Translations under genes and position numbers: made by a program | Source: Phoronis australis | Lineage: Eukaryota > Animalia > Phoronida | Reading direction: 5' to 3' | Length of the DNA stretch: 64,000 nucleotides | NCBI GenBank assembly: GCA_002633005.1 | Contig: NMRA01000687.1 | Span: 62,001 to 126,000 of the forward strand | Notes under the pieces: generated by a model | What the model was told of the DNA's origin: nothing | Database searches by the model: none | Seen by the model: only the letters and a program-made list of their open reading frames with translations | In this document: in pieces, positions 25,901 to 40,900 of the stretch | How the letters are laid out: each line of letters opens with the position of its first letter | How positions within the stretch are numbered: the stretch's first letter is position 1

Positions 25901-28900
25901 CACAGTGTGGCAGATGAGAGATTTTATTGTCTCATTTCCTCAATGATGTACAGTACCAATATGTAGCTTTGCCATATTCATTCATAGCTACTGTGGGCAT
26001 TCACAAAAATGTTGAAAGCTCTTGGAAAATGGAACAAGTGCAGTTTTGACAATTATTTTCTCCGGCATTGGTGCGATTTTAATGTATACGCCGTATTCAC
26101 GCAGTAGCCATTTTAAAAGCTTGCCTCTTTTTAGGTTTTAAAAACAATGCATTTTGCACTTAAATACAGCGCAAAATGTAAGTTTTTTTCACGTACCTCG
26201 TTATATTCATGTCTCAAAGAGAGGCTCACTACTAATTCATGGCAACTGCGTGAATACGGCCTATACACATAAAATCTCATAGCGTTAACTTTGTTAGTGA
26301 TGGAATTCCAAACTGAAAAACATCTGAATCATGGTTTTCATTTCTTGGAACCATTAACCAAATAACTTTTTCTGATGACCAGTATTGCGTGACCTTATTG
26401 GAAATTTGTTACATTTTGCTGTTTATGTAGGACACTTTGATAGCGTTTAGCCTTGTAAAAGTATTTTCTCAAAGCAAAAAGTCTGTGTAGAATTTAATTG
26501 TCCACTTTGTACCATTATGCCATGGAGTGGGTCATGTTTTCATGTCATTTTAGAAAAGAATTAAGCAATCATGCCAGTTATGTTCAAAGTGAAACAACAG
26601 TATCAATTGAATAGCATGACAAATTTTGTTTGCGTTCAAGATGAAATTTCAAAAAACACTGTTAGTTTTCTATATTACTGTTCATTCCATTTTCATGCTT
26701 TTTTCATTTTTTCATAAATATTGTATTTTGTGATGACAACTTATGCAAAAGAGGAACATTTTGAAAACAACACATAGCAGCATTTTAAAGAACCTTGCAT
26801 CAGTCCTTGTGCCTGATATTTTCACTCCATATGAATCCGATCAGCCAATTCCGAGATATGATGTTCTACACAGCCATCAAGCCTTGTATCATATATTTGG
26901 ATCTCCAGGGTTTCCGTGAGATTAGGGATGTGGTTAGAATTGTTCATTATTGTCCAGGGGTCATTGTTGTAGGAGATAAATTTAAATAGTAATTACGCCA
27001 TTGGGGACCATTGGCTGCCTTCCATTGTATCATCTTTTCAGCGCGTGAAACAATGAACTCGGTAATCTGCTGATTAGGTATTTATCCACAGTTATTAAAA
27101 GGGACTTGGGATTGTCCAAGCAGCAAAGTATAGCTGTCGAGTATTTATTTCAGTTTGAGCAAGAAAGGTATTTATTTGCGAGAGTTTTGAATTGCACTAT
27201 CTTCAAATTTGTCTCTTGAATTATGTTTTTAAAATTGTATTACTTTTTAGCATAGAAATAATGAAAAGTGTTGTATTCAGAGGACTGCTCCTCAGTCCCT
27301 GAGTCTGTTTGCTCACTTATTAAACTTTGTACGGCTCTTTTTTATCTTTTTATTGATATGTCTGCTTTTTGTGATCAATGGCAGGTGTTTTCAGCATTTT
27401 TACTGAATATAGTTTCGCTACTGAGATTTCAAATGCAACCTGACTTGCAACCCTGATGATGGATCTATTTTGTTCAATTTCCACTTACTACAGATTTGTT
27501 ACAGCCTACGACATTCAACAGAAAAGCATTTTGTAATGACAATTTTCTTATCTTTCTCAGCAATTGTCATTGATAATTTCCAATTCAGCTTTTAAGAATT
27601 TTTTTGCTTCATGTACCCCATATATATATATGGTACAGCTGTAATTCCTTCCTCGGTTTGCCATTTTTGTTTCTGTAACTCATTTAAAACTAACCAAACA
27701 TCTGTTAATATGTGTGTTTTATTGGTGAGGGAAATAGTTGCTGGTCTATTATCCAATAAATCCCAGCAACCTGGTTTGTTTGTCGTAGCAAATTCGAATT
27801 TGATTGCACTGCAATGTGTTTTTTCAGTGCAGTGATTTGGTTGATTCACAATTTATCATTGTCACCCAGATATCTTTACTGTGTGAAAAGGTACTTGAAC
27901 TCTATATTTGTTTGGAAAGCCTTTGATTATGAAGTGGTGGATTTCATCTCAATTGGAGCTGTAGCATAAACCACTGCATGACGTCATAGCCAAAGGTTGA
28001 GAGCTTGAAAAACAAGAACTGACAATCTTTACAGACGGTTGAATTTGGTATTTCGTAAACATTGAGAAAAAATCGAAGTAGTTATTTTTAATTGTTCAAA
28101 CAAGACAGGAAACAATACGCAATGAATCGTAATTTGACTGGATTTCGCTAAAATGACATTTCTTAGTTTTGCAATGAGACTCCTTCAGTAAAGCCTGTAC
28201 TCGACCCCATTGTAAGGTTTCACTAATTTAGGACAGAACATGGCAGACATAGGAAATTAAAGAAAGATAAGTTTGGTAACATCAAATAAATTCTATATCA
28301 TTTTAAGGTTCTATACCATGATATAAATACTATCAGACAATGTTTTGAGAAACAGTAGGTGTTCACAACATCATAATCTTTTGAAAAATGAAGCTGTTAT
28401 TTTTGTAAAAAATTGGTGGGATTGTGTCCTACTTTATATGCTGGTTTAACTTGTTTCACTGAACAAAACCGGCTTCAGTCTTTGATAGGCCACAGATATG
28501 ACGTGGACTCTCCCTGTCCCCACTGCACACAATTCAAGATCTCTAGCTTTCTTAAATCTGCCTCACTTGACTCCAGGTTTTCTTTCCTAGTAGAGTTTCG
28601 TTCGAGTGTTAGTGAGCTCATGCAAGATCAGTTGAGTGAAATGTTTTATGAGTTAGCTCGAAATCTTACTTGCGTAGACCAGCTGAAAATGGCTGCCAGC
28701 CGAAAATGGTCTCCATTAAAGTGATTGGATAGGCCGTTCTGTGAGCAAAATTTTTTCTTGGCGAGTGTCTCGTGCATGTCGTGCATGACTGAACTCTTGT
28801 CAGACTTCTTCTATTAGTACTTATACTGGATAGGTTTGACCATTGCATGACTTTGATGTCGTCCATGTCGTTTAATAGCGGAAACATTCAGGCATGCTGC

Positions 28901-31900
28901 CGGCCATTAAAAATTGGTCCTCCGGTTATTCCCCACTTATTTCGCACAAAAATAACAGATACCATATTGCTTTCATGTAAGAAAACTTTTCCAAAAGTTG
29001 TTTTATGAAATTTACATGGTACAAACCGTACGGTAATAGGTGGGATTAGGTTGACTCCACTCCGACAGGATTAGTTGCTAGAGGTTGTTTATTGCAGTTC
29101 ATATAGGCAATCGAGAGTGCGAATCATCTTCGATATCTGCTGTCCAATGTCACAAATGGAGTGGAGTTATTGGGAAAAATATTACACACTTTTTACACGT
29201 TTGACACGCTCAAGAGCGTGTAAAATTCTCACCCGGGATATGGGGAGTTTCATGTTTCGTGGAATTTCGCTTCATCCTCACCAATTTAGGTCACATGGCT
29301 GATTAATTGTCGTATTTCTTAGAAAGGTGTGAAGCACCAAGTTTATAGTTTTTTCCACATTCAAGTTCTGTCCCATAGCTACCATAAGATAATTTTTTTC
29401 TTAAATATGACTATTCACAACAATGTTAGATTAATTTGAAACTGAAAAACGAGTAATCTTTTTGGCTATTATTTTTGTCCAAAAATTGGAGAGATTGAAG
29501 GCATATTGCTACAAAATGTTTATTGTAAGCGGCAGTTATAATGAATCACTGTATCAGCTAACTAGAACCACCATTGAGAGGGGCACACCAGTCAACTTGG
29601 TGCTGTATTCTCTTATCACCAGCAATAGATATGCACCAGATTTATTGCTGGCAGTTGGGCCAGGAATGCCAACAGTCTGGTCACTGTGTGTTACACATTT
29701 GACTGTTGGCACCAACATTAACATCTGGATCATGGTCTGAACTATCACTGTGCTGACTTGTGCCAGATTGTTTTAACCAATGCTTAGTGTAAACATTGTT
29801 GAGAATTTGAATTTGTTTCGCCTTAGTCGGTTTTCCTGTATGAATTTTATTTTTGATACTTAAGGTAAGTGATTATGACTGTACTGTTAAGTTGAAGTTC
29901 TTCATGTTTAGTAAGGAAACTATATCAATTTAGTTCTTATTTTTGGTACTTCCACTATGGCTAGGTAAAAAAATGGGTAAAAGTGGAGTAAACGGGTCCC
30001 TCTTGACAATGGGTGCCGAGAAGCAGTTTTCACTGAATAATGGACATACCTATATTCCGTGAAACTGGTTCAGTAGTTATTTTGAAGAGGGGCCAGTTTA
30101 CTTCACTTGCACCAAAAAATGTTAACGCTACTGATGAAGCACTTGGTTGTATTTTTTGTAGTTTTTAAAGTGTTGATTTTAATAGTATAGAGTTTCAAGT
30201 CCCAGTTCCACTCTTGACCTGAGTTCAGTAAAACATATTGACATGTGGATGTGATGCTTGAACAAATGGTATTTAAGGCACTGAAGCAATTTGGCTGATC
30301 AGTCATTATTCAACTGAACACTTGAGGGTTTCCAAACCACCAAACCACAAAAGTGGGACAGAGTTGATGTCTAGTTACATCATCTAAGGTAAGGTCTATC
30401 TCCCAGCATTTGGAAAACCAGCATGAGGTCTTTATTCCAGATCTCAGTCGAAGTTCCGCTGTCATGCATCCTCAGGTAAATAGCATCATGACACCAACTT
30501 GAAGGTAAAGTGTGCAAAAATTTACCTTGATTGTTATCTTGTGAAAGGTCTAGGTGTAGCCATTAGATTTGATCCATTAGGTCAAAGGTTATATGTGGGC
30601 CATCGAATGTGAATCTTCCTTACTTTTCATAAATCTGGAAGACTAACTAAATGGTACAGGTATTATGTTCCCAACTGAAAGGTTGCCATTAGCCAGTAAG
30701 ACTATAGAAAGTTAGATAGGTAATGAAAAAATCTTGATTGACAACTGACTCTTGATTTTGTTGTGGTAGGGCATGATTCCTGATTCCTTTTCATGGCCCT
30801 GTAAAATGCTCAGATCTCACTGTAGCCCTGTATGCCTGAGCATAATTAAAGGCTAGCATGCATTTCAAGTACCCTTGATCCCAATCTTTCCAGCCAGACA
30901 GCCCAGACCTATTACTATTTCATTAATTACCACTTCCTTATTCATAATCTAAACACTGTTAGCCTTACTAAACCTGCAGCAGTCCAGGTATTGTCAATTA
31001 TAACAGTTGACCTGATCTTGGGAGGCTAACAACTGAACATAATGGTGATATGTTCTGGCCACAGTCAGACTTTGTTATCAACACCCTTTGACTGGCCTTG
31101 CACTTGATCACTGGTGTAATTATAAGCAACTGGGGGCAAGGGAGGAGTTCACACCTGTGTTTTCTTCAGTTGGAATATGTAGTGTGGTATTTGGAGTGGA
31201 GTAATGCGGATACCCATGACTGATTACAAGTTGAATGTGGTTCAGTGAGCATACACTCAGTCAGAGTTGAGGGATTTATGTGATGAAGTCTGTGTTTGGT
31301 TTTAAGTGTTGTAGACATGTGATAACTGCTGTCATAAGTCATTTATCAGAGCAAAGTTGACAGCGGATGTTTTACAAGTTCTTGGTTACCTGGAAAGACT
31401 TCACGCAGCTTCTGTTTTGTTCGTTCAGGTTTTGTTGCTTTTACGGGCGAATGATCTTCAAGTTCCCAAGATTTACATTTGCAATAATGTTATTTGAGGT
31501 TTGTCTGGTTTGTGAACGAGACATGTGAAAGTCTGATGTAGTGTTGTGTGTCTTTTGGTAAGTTTCTTTTGTTTATTGTCTGTGGATTATAGGAATTGTT
31601 TCTGGCCAGGTTCCGCCATGGTGTAGCTACTCGAGCTTTTCTAGATTTACTTGGCCAACCGAAAGTGCAAGCCAAGCCTTAATAATATGACTCTGTACAT
31701 TAGGGGAATGTTTTGTTATTGTATTTTTGGGGTCAGCCCAAGAATACTGGATGACGTCTGCTCAGGTATATATGTTCATTTCTGAATGAACCATTGTTCG
31801 TGCGTGGTGCTTTTTATAGACACGACTAGTCTTCTGTTTGGGTCACCATATGATAAAATTAGGTCATGCTATGTTGGATTTATTTTCTTGTTTTTCGTAA

Positions 31901-34900
31901 GTGTCGTAATACGAAAAATGTTATGCCGAATTCAAGCTCTGTACTACCGTAGAGCTACCATATTGTGAAAAGCTGGTTGTTCACAACAACGTTAAGAAGC
32001 TCTTGAAAATGTAAAATGCAATTTTGGCAATTATTGTCCGAAATTGGTGAAATTTACTCTAAATCTCTCTCAGATGATCTTGGTTTTAGTTCTGAGTTTA
32101 TTGAAAATCGTAGCAATAAGCACCTTGCCAAATATCCTTTTCTTGAAGCCTCAACTGGAACCGTTCTTTGACAGGAGTTGATTGAGGCAAAGGTCTCATG
32201 AAGTCTTTCCACCAGAATTTACCAGGGCACATGCTCACTGTAAATTTCGTCACTGTACTCGGTTTGGAGTTCACTCGGTGTGGTCCTTGAGACTTGTGTC
32301 TACAGACAACTTGTTATTTAAGTTGTGGTTTGTAGTGCTATTTGTTTTGGTCTCAAATGCTTTTTGACAGCTGTTTTTGTTTTTTGAGCAGGTTCATGAT
32401 GACTGTTGGCTGACCAATAAATTGGAAGTTGTATTTCCTTGAAATGAAATTATCAGTCAAAGTTTTTATTCGATTACTTACGCTGCTCGTGTAATAGGTA
32501 ACAATCCGACTTAGAACTCTTATCATTGGGAGAGCACAAAAGTAACTTTTGCAAAGAAAAATCGCTATTCCTTTTCATCATGGACAATTGAGACGTTTTT
32601 GAGTGAATGCATGATTTGAATCAGTGGTTAATTCATGGCGTGATGAATACAAATTTGACGAACACTGTGAAATTCTATGTAAATCACAGGAATGAACCAT
32701 AGGTGGTGCTGAACGTTGTCCACCAACTACATTATCACTGTCTTTAAGTGATGAAGCATCTTTCGTTGTATCACCGCTACATTGGAAATGTGTGTTAGTG
32801 CTGACCTTAGGTGACTGCATATCCCTATCGAGACTATATGGTGGCAATTGTGCTTAACTCTGGCTAAATTATCCATCACATATCTTTGGAAGCAGTAGGA
32901 ATCTTTAAATTCCTCCAACTTGAACAAATACACTTGAAGTAAACATTTTTTGTCGGCAAAATTGAAGGTTGGACACCATTATAATCAATTTGCTCGAGGT
33001 CAAATGTAGACCTACAGAGGGTAATGGGGTTGTCACCTGTCTGCCAGCCATGCCGACTGTCAGATGGCAACATAACCCTGGGGGGGGGGGGGACTGGTCG
33101 ATGCAGACCACTGTTTGTTGCCTAAATGCGGTTAAGGGTTAACTAGGAATAATTTGCAATGTCAGGGAATGAAACCTTGATGACTATGGCAAGCGCGAAA
33201 TTGGCAAAAATCTTGCACTGGCAGGAAGGGGGCAGGACGATGAAGGGCAGGGATGAAAAAAGAGAATGTTCCCTTCCCCCAGGAGCGTGCGAGATTTATT
33301 AATAATTAAGGCTGATGGTTCTTTAGTGATGGTAGTTTAGGTACACACCTAAACTGCTGCATGTCATATCATTTACCACTTGGCAGAAAGCTAATGATTC
33401 TGCAAATTGTGTTGTGACTAATCACTTAATCTCATCCCATGCCTAATTCCGCAATGAGATTATGTTGTAATGGGGTTTTCCCTTTAGGCTTATACGTCCC
33501 TTTGATGATTTTTCAAAGACCCTTGTAGTGCTAATTAGCAATCAGTGAAGTTCTCCTGCTCTATCGTATTTATATGAACACTATCTGGCTACATTAAGAA
33601 AACCAAAACTAAGACTTTCTCCTCAAAATGTAAACCAAAACAGTGTTCTTGGACGCCTCATATCCAGGGACTTGGGAAGGGTTTTATTGATTTAGTGGCA
33701 AAACTTGAACCTGTCAAACTCCATGTTGTAGGCTTGTTGTAGACTAATTTGCTAACATGACTGTCCATCCATCTGCAAACAAATGGATTCTGCAATTTGT
33801 TCACCTAGACAATTAGGCTAAGTAATTTATACAGTTTGTCAGATAGTGTAAACATGTTAATTTTGTTGACTTAAACAGGTGTTAGCTATATATGTAATTA
33901 TGCCAGCCTTATGCAATGATGGTTGAACCCATTTATGATTTTCCTGATCTTAAGATTGGGGCTGGTTGGGGGAGACATCTTGAATTCCTCACTTAGGCAT
34001 TGATAGTAAGTGTGGCATTTAGCGGTCAGGCATTCATGCATGTGTTTAACACCCTTGCTGATAAATGAGGTTCAAATGTCTGTTAATAGTCAATAAACAC
34101 TGATACTGTGAATGAGTGGAGTTGCCAGAAAGGGGAAGGAAGTGAGATTTTGTTCTCACTCCAAGAAGAGCTGAATGTCATGCAGTTTTTTAGGTGCCTG
34201 GATGCCTGTGTTTGTGATGTGTTTTAAACCATTGGGTTTAAGAAAGATTATTCTAGGTCTGTGAGGTAAATGCAAGGGTTTGAGTAGCTGTCGCCGGTAG
34301 ATACAGTGAAGCTCCTATTGGAGCGCTCCTATGTTTACCGCGTCCGCCAGGGGTGCGTGCAGTGTTAAAAATGGCCATTTGCCGATTTTTAATGGGCAAC
34401 TTGGCGAAGGACTGGTAGTGCTTGAAAAAGAAAAGTTTATGGGAGTATTTGCTAGAATTGGAAGGCATTTAAGCATCAGCGGCCTCATAAGGTTTCCTTC
34501 TATGCACAAAAGGTACTTATAATGCGACTTTGGTGTTTTAATCAATGTGAGGCATGATTTGAGGAAAAGTCTCTATAGGAATTTCACTGTCTCTACAGGC
34601 CGCCAGATCAGCCGAGAAGGTGGTCATGGGTTTGAAAGTCTGAAAAAGGCTGTGCTCCATGCTAGTGATCTGGTAACAAACATGGACAAAGAATCTGTGA
34701 ATGGAGTTACTCACCAATTTCAAACGAAGATAATTACTAAATTAGCCCTTTGGTCATTTTCATATGGCCCATGGTTATCCAAACATTGTCTGATGGTAGC
34801 TATAGTACAGAACTTGGACAAAAGGCAAATCATTCATTTAATTCTGTGTTCCATGAAAAAAGCATTACTTTTGTCGATGCTCAGTCAACGATAGAGGCTC

Positions 34901-37900
34901 AAATGAAACTTGCTAGAAAAATTATTTTGTGTCCTTGTCAACTATGTAGGATCCTGTTTTTATGGTGCCGGTATGTGATATCTCTTCTTTTTTGTTATTT
35001 ATATTTAATAACATTGTACCATAATCTACCAGTAAACTTGAGTGAGATAGACATTGTTTAGAACATGACTAATTCACACAATGAGATTTACTTCAGTCCA
35101 GCATTCTTAGGAAATGTTGGAGGCTGCTTCTAAAATTCAAACATAAGATTTACGCAAACCTCAGTCTAATCCCCTCCCCATATTTTTACCACTTCTTAAC
35201 CTGGCATTAAATTGTCAGTTGGTTTTCTTTGTTTCACTTTATAATGGTACTGCTTTAGGGCTTATAATCTGCACCGTGATCCCATCTCCCTGTGCTTTTC
35301 AACTTTAAGTCGCCTATTGACTTATGAACAAGATATTTTTTAGTTTTCCTTGATCATGTGAAGTTTACAAGAAATCCAGTCAATCTTTTAGATTCTTTAA
35401 CAAAACTAATGATACTTATCCAAAAATGCATAGAGAGCAAGGATGCAGGCTTTTGGTGTCCAACGTTGGTCACCTGACGGGAAAAATCTTAAAATGAAAC
35501 ATTGAATTCTATCCCTCTAATTTACAAATTCGATCCAACAATGGACCATTTCAAAATCACCATTTTTCTTGGTTACTTTGGTAAAGTCTTAAGCATACTG
35601 GTGAAGCACTTGCCTTTCATTTGCATAATTTTTGTGAGCTTTCTTTTCTCGCTAGAAACTTGGCCTACGGAATGTGACCCAGGTCATCTGAGGGGTCGAT
35701 TTTATATGGAAAAGGAAATAGTCTCTTTACGAGTTTTAGCATTCAATTGTCTGACAAAATTCTTTTTTTGAGGTCACACGTAGTCTTCATTGGTTTGTCC
35801 TCTGCCTTGGTATTTGGAAACTGAAATTTATAGGAGTTAGTCATTGCCTGCTAATTGTTTTTCCACTCTCCAGACAGCTACAAACAATACCGGTAAGGTT
35901 ATCAGACTTTTTCACTTACTTGCCACTGCCGCTCTGCATGTTTGTGTTTCTTATGTGTATTTTTGACATCTCTTTTATGCCACCAATGATGTCGGAGGGT
36001 CTGATTGATCTTGGGTGATTTCTGAAGCCTACTGGTCTGCTGCTCATCTTGATTTCTGTGTCCTCAGGATTAGGAGTATGTGTAAATACAAATGCACCTG
36101 TGACTAGTTTAGTGATAAGTTTTACTGTGAAATTTGAAATTCGAATTTTGTGTTTTTAGAAGATGGTTGTGAAATACTTTGAAAGTCTGAAGGATTGTCA
36201 TGCTTAATACTACTTGTTTCTTTGAATGAGACAGCTAACAACCAAGATTTTATGATATTATTTCTTGTGTGATGGCAAAAAGCTGTTAGGTTCTTATGAA
36301 AGTTATTTGTTTGAAGTCATATAAAATGTGGCGGAATCTTCACGTAAGCGAGTTTCGTTTGATTCACGTGAGTTGGACATTTTTCAAGGGAGTTTCGATC
36401 TTATAAGTTGCGGGTGGTTGGGCAAGCTTAGTGTGGTGGCTAAAATTGTAATTACTTGCAAATTTTAGGGGCAGTTGTTAAGTCGAACATGGGCAAAATG
36501 TTCTGGACGAGTATTGTACATAGCAAATGCTCAGAATTGCTCTCATAGTCGTGTACATGCCAAATTATTGTTTAAAATGCATTCATGTTTTTAATTATGT
36601 TATTAAGTAAAATGGTTATTTTTATTCATTTTCACAAGAAGTAAAAAAAGTTGTATATGCACAGGCGGTTAGTAACATGGCACACTCAGGGGCTGGGGAA
36701 GTGTGACGAGTATATATCTACTCCTAGCATACTTTTTAACTGCAAAGTTAATATTTGTTTAGGTTGACTAGTGTTCAGCAAAACAAGATATCCTGAAGTG
36801 CAGAAAAGCACAACTTTAATCGATATATTAGCTTACATTTGATGTCTGAACTTTGGTGAAACCCATAAATGTCGGCTAATGGAGCCTAGGTCAAACAGCT
36901 GTGCAGTACAGTCAAAAGTACCGTATTCATGGCTCTGTCAGGCAGAAACAGAATTCCCTCATGACTATTAATGAAGGGAAATAACTGGAATAGAAAGTTA
37001 GTGAGGTGGATACATAATTCTGTCATTGTCTTACCTTTATAGCTATTACCGTCACCACGGGGAAAGTGGTATTTTGTCCGATTAACTGTTACTTCAGTGC
37101 TGTACCTGGTATTCAATTGTTGTTCATAGAGCCACATCAGCAGCAAAAGTGAATGGTACCGTCAATGTGTTCTCCACAATAGAAAAGTTAAACTCAACAG
37201 GACGTACAAATTTCATTCTAAAGTTCATGATTGCCCACGTTGTGGAGAGTATAAGACGCGGAATCAACACCAAAAGTTCAAAATGTTCTGATTTGCCATC
37301 TTTTTGCACTGGATTTCAAACTCAATATCAGTAAGACAAATTCAGTGGGGGGGGGGGGAATAAGCGTGAACAGTTTCAAGACATCTAGTTTGAGACGTAG
37401 AAGAAACAAACTGAAATGAATACTGGAACTATTAACTCTGATTGAGAGAGACGTTGCTCAAAATCTTATGTCAATGAGACCAAACAGTTAAAAAAAATGT
37501 GTATGTCTCAATAATATTGTCATCCTAGTGACGGGGACCCGTACAATTCTGCTATTTTTAGTCTTCTGTGCAGCACGGGACATGATTTTTATACAAAGGC
37601 TGTCATGGATTTGTTCACGAAAACAACAACGGATTTAAAACTTGACATGGATTGTGAGAAGGACTGGTTCAGGTGATGGATAGAACAGTCGTCATTGAGG
37701 CATGGCGATCTCGGGTTCCAATTGTTCCATATATGGGATAGAACCTTTGCTGAATTGCCATGTTGTCTGACTAAGATGCCACCTGTTGGTCAGTAGCCAA
37801 GCTGAAGTCTGCAGGATGCGGATGCAACGTTGTCACTAATATGAGTTACCAGTTTCGGTATTCGTTTCAAATCTTTCTTCTCATTGGGGTGAAATTCAAA

Positions 37901-40900
37901 TTTGTTACTGTTATGTGTCAAGACAGGAGCAATAGTCACTTACATGGGTCCCGCATTTTGAAAAGTTTGGTGGCCGTTATTCACTGATTCTCGTAACGTG
38001 GGACACCTGAAAATGACTGTTACCAAAACATGTAGGGGTGGACATTGCAATTCATCGATGAAGATGGTGTCTTAAGAAATCCTAAAATTGCACGTAGCAA
38101 GTGGTGTGGATTGACACCCAACTGTCAGTTAACTTAAGGTAAAAATTCTTTAGTTTAGTACACAATATGACTGACAGGAATTTATTTTGTCAACTTCAAC
38201 AAAAAAGATTTTAAGAAAAGTTAGTGTCTTTTGTGGCTTATAGCTGTCACCACCTCTGAAACGCATTTTGGTGTGAATTTCTAAAGCATTCGTAGTACTA
38301 AAGTACAACAAGTGGCAATTTCAGCAGTAACTTTTGCTCCCAAAGTTTTTACTGTATTGTTTGTTCATTTGTTTATCATGCCACAAGCAAATATTTGCTT
38401 CCTACTAAAGTCAGTTGCCCTCCTCTAGTACATGGATATTTACATTGAATGTATATCCAGAATGACCACATGTTAGTATTTGAGAAATTTTATTTGCTCC
38501 TATTTGTGACTGAGTGATTGATACATCTAAAAACAGTAATTGGCAAATTGCCCCACATTATGGGAGGAAACTGTGATTAGTATGGCTATTGATTGTTATG
38601 AGTGTGTGTTATGTAGTTGTGTTAATGGTGTTATGATATGTGTTCATTATGGTTTCTATTCTGTGAAGCCCAGTCAAGCTTTTATGATCACAATTTTGCA
38701 GTTCCATAATAAATCTCCTTGGGTGAGTTTGTGGGAGTATTGAGTGTGTTCAGTCAAGGTCTATGGTAAAATTCTATAATTCGGGACAAAAATAAATGAT
38801 AAAATTGCATTTTTCTGAGTTTTTTTGTTGGTTTAAGACATTGCTGCTAATGTTTAAAATTTTGTTGTTGACAACTGTCTGTACAAAGCTAAACAGTGCC
38901 GCCCTCTTTGAGTCAAGATGGTCACACTGTCTAGTACAAAGATGCTTAAAAGCAAAGTGAAATTACTTGAAGAGTTATTTTTGTTATGAAATATCATTTC
39001 ACCTGTTCGTGATATCGTGTCCCAAACTGAAGAACAATTTACAATAAAAAATCTGAATTTTATGCTCCAATTGATTCCTGTGGCCCCCTTCCTCTTTCTT
39101 TTCTTTTGTCCACCCTGCCCCTATTTAGACCTTGTGCTGAACATACAATAAAATCTCAGCAATTTCGGCCAACATTAATTGCTAAAACTAACATTTTCTC
39201 ATTTTTCCAGGTCTTTTAATTTTAATTGCTCTAATAACCCACAGGTCTTGCCATGGCACAGAGCTTGAACATGTGGAAACATTAATTTGCCACAACATAT
39301 CTTTCGTATGTCGGCCATATTGTGCCCTAATTTTTTAAATTTAATGGTAACCTAGTTTAACCCATTTCGAATACTGCAAAGTTGTCGTCTTAGTAGTGCA
39401 TGTGTGTCTGAACTGAAATGTTCAGTACTTTTTAATTGCATCACCATTGATTCATACTCTAGTCTAAAAGTAGACTTCCACACTGGCTACCCTAATAATG
39501 CCCACTTCAATTAGACATTCCCTACCAAGATAAAGCAGTGCTAATACAGACATAGCCACAAGTCAAGGAAAATGGAATTTGTTTATTGATTTGGTGGCAG
39601 AGATATGAGCAGTGAAAACACATGTTGGATGGCTTGTTCCATTGATGTACTCTGTCTGTCTGGTATTTGGAGATTTTTGTGGATGATTCCTGGCGTAGTT
39701 TTCTAACATCTGTCTAACTATAGGACTGTCTTGAGCAACTGAGGATCATTTTGCTTTGCTCCACCAGCCATTAAGATTGGTTGCACAAGCTGGTTCTCAA
39801 CTGCAAACTCTGTCGTTTGGACTAGCTGTGATGCAGTTCTGAATGTATTGTAACTGTGGACTTGACTGTAGTTGTAGTTGAATTCTTCTCCTGTGGGACA
39901 CACTTATTCTTTTGCGTGTGTGGGTGGAGTTCTGCTGGCAAGTAGGACAGAAAATTCATCGTGACAGGAGGTGTTGATGCTGATTGTATCCTGTGTATGA
40001 TAAAGGTTTAGGCTCATGTTAGCTGGAAACTTTCTTGATGACATGATCATAGACCTAAGAAAGATGGAATACAAAAACCTCGCTCTTTCCAGAATCTTCT
40101 TTGAAAATTACGACTTCTCTTGTTTCTGTTGTGTGCTATGGAAGGAATTCTTAAATTTAGTGTCTCCTGATTTTCAGTGACATTCTGAGTTTTGGCTGCA
40201 GATTACTAGACAAGTACTATTACTGCCCGCTGACCGATGACCAGGTCATCTAATATTTATGAATGAGGCGATTGGGGCATCAGATCTCGTTGGTGACTAT
40301 GTAAATATTATACTGGATCGGAGGATTATGTGATAGAGTCTATGTGGTGTATTGATCGGAAGTACGGTAGTCAACATCGCCAGGCATAGTGGCCATCATG
40401 GAGGAGGTCTGCCACATTATACCCTGCTGTGATGAGGGCTGTGTCACCCATGTCACCAACATGTTGACCAGATGTTTTGCATGTTGCCGTGGAAACAAAG
40501 GTTCTTATGTTACTATTGGTCTTATTGTTGTGACTGACTTGAAATTTATGATTGTTTTTAGCCTATGAATTTAATGTTTTGATTAACCTGAAGTCTTGTA
40601 GTGTGAACAGATCAGCTTCGATTTTTTGTTATCATGTGACTTTTTGTGTAAAATCTTAGCCATGCAGTGCACACATTATTTAAAATCGTCAAAATCTCCA
40701 TTTCGTCATAGAAACAACTAACTTTTTGAGATAGACCTCTTCCCGCTTTCAAGCTAGTGTCGAGGTCTTTCCCTAACCAGATGAAAAATGGCATTGTTAG
40801 CCTCTAATTATTTGAGACATACCAACTTTTTGAGCCCACTTTCAAAGAATAACAAACTGTCTTTTTTCCAAGCTGAAGAATTTCTGTACAGCGATATTAG

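Noticed and set aside
32578-37334. Nested antisense gene from minus-strand ORFs near 32578-33111 and 36886-37309
   Set aside because: No recognisable domain and no consistent splice chain; lengths are compatible with chance.
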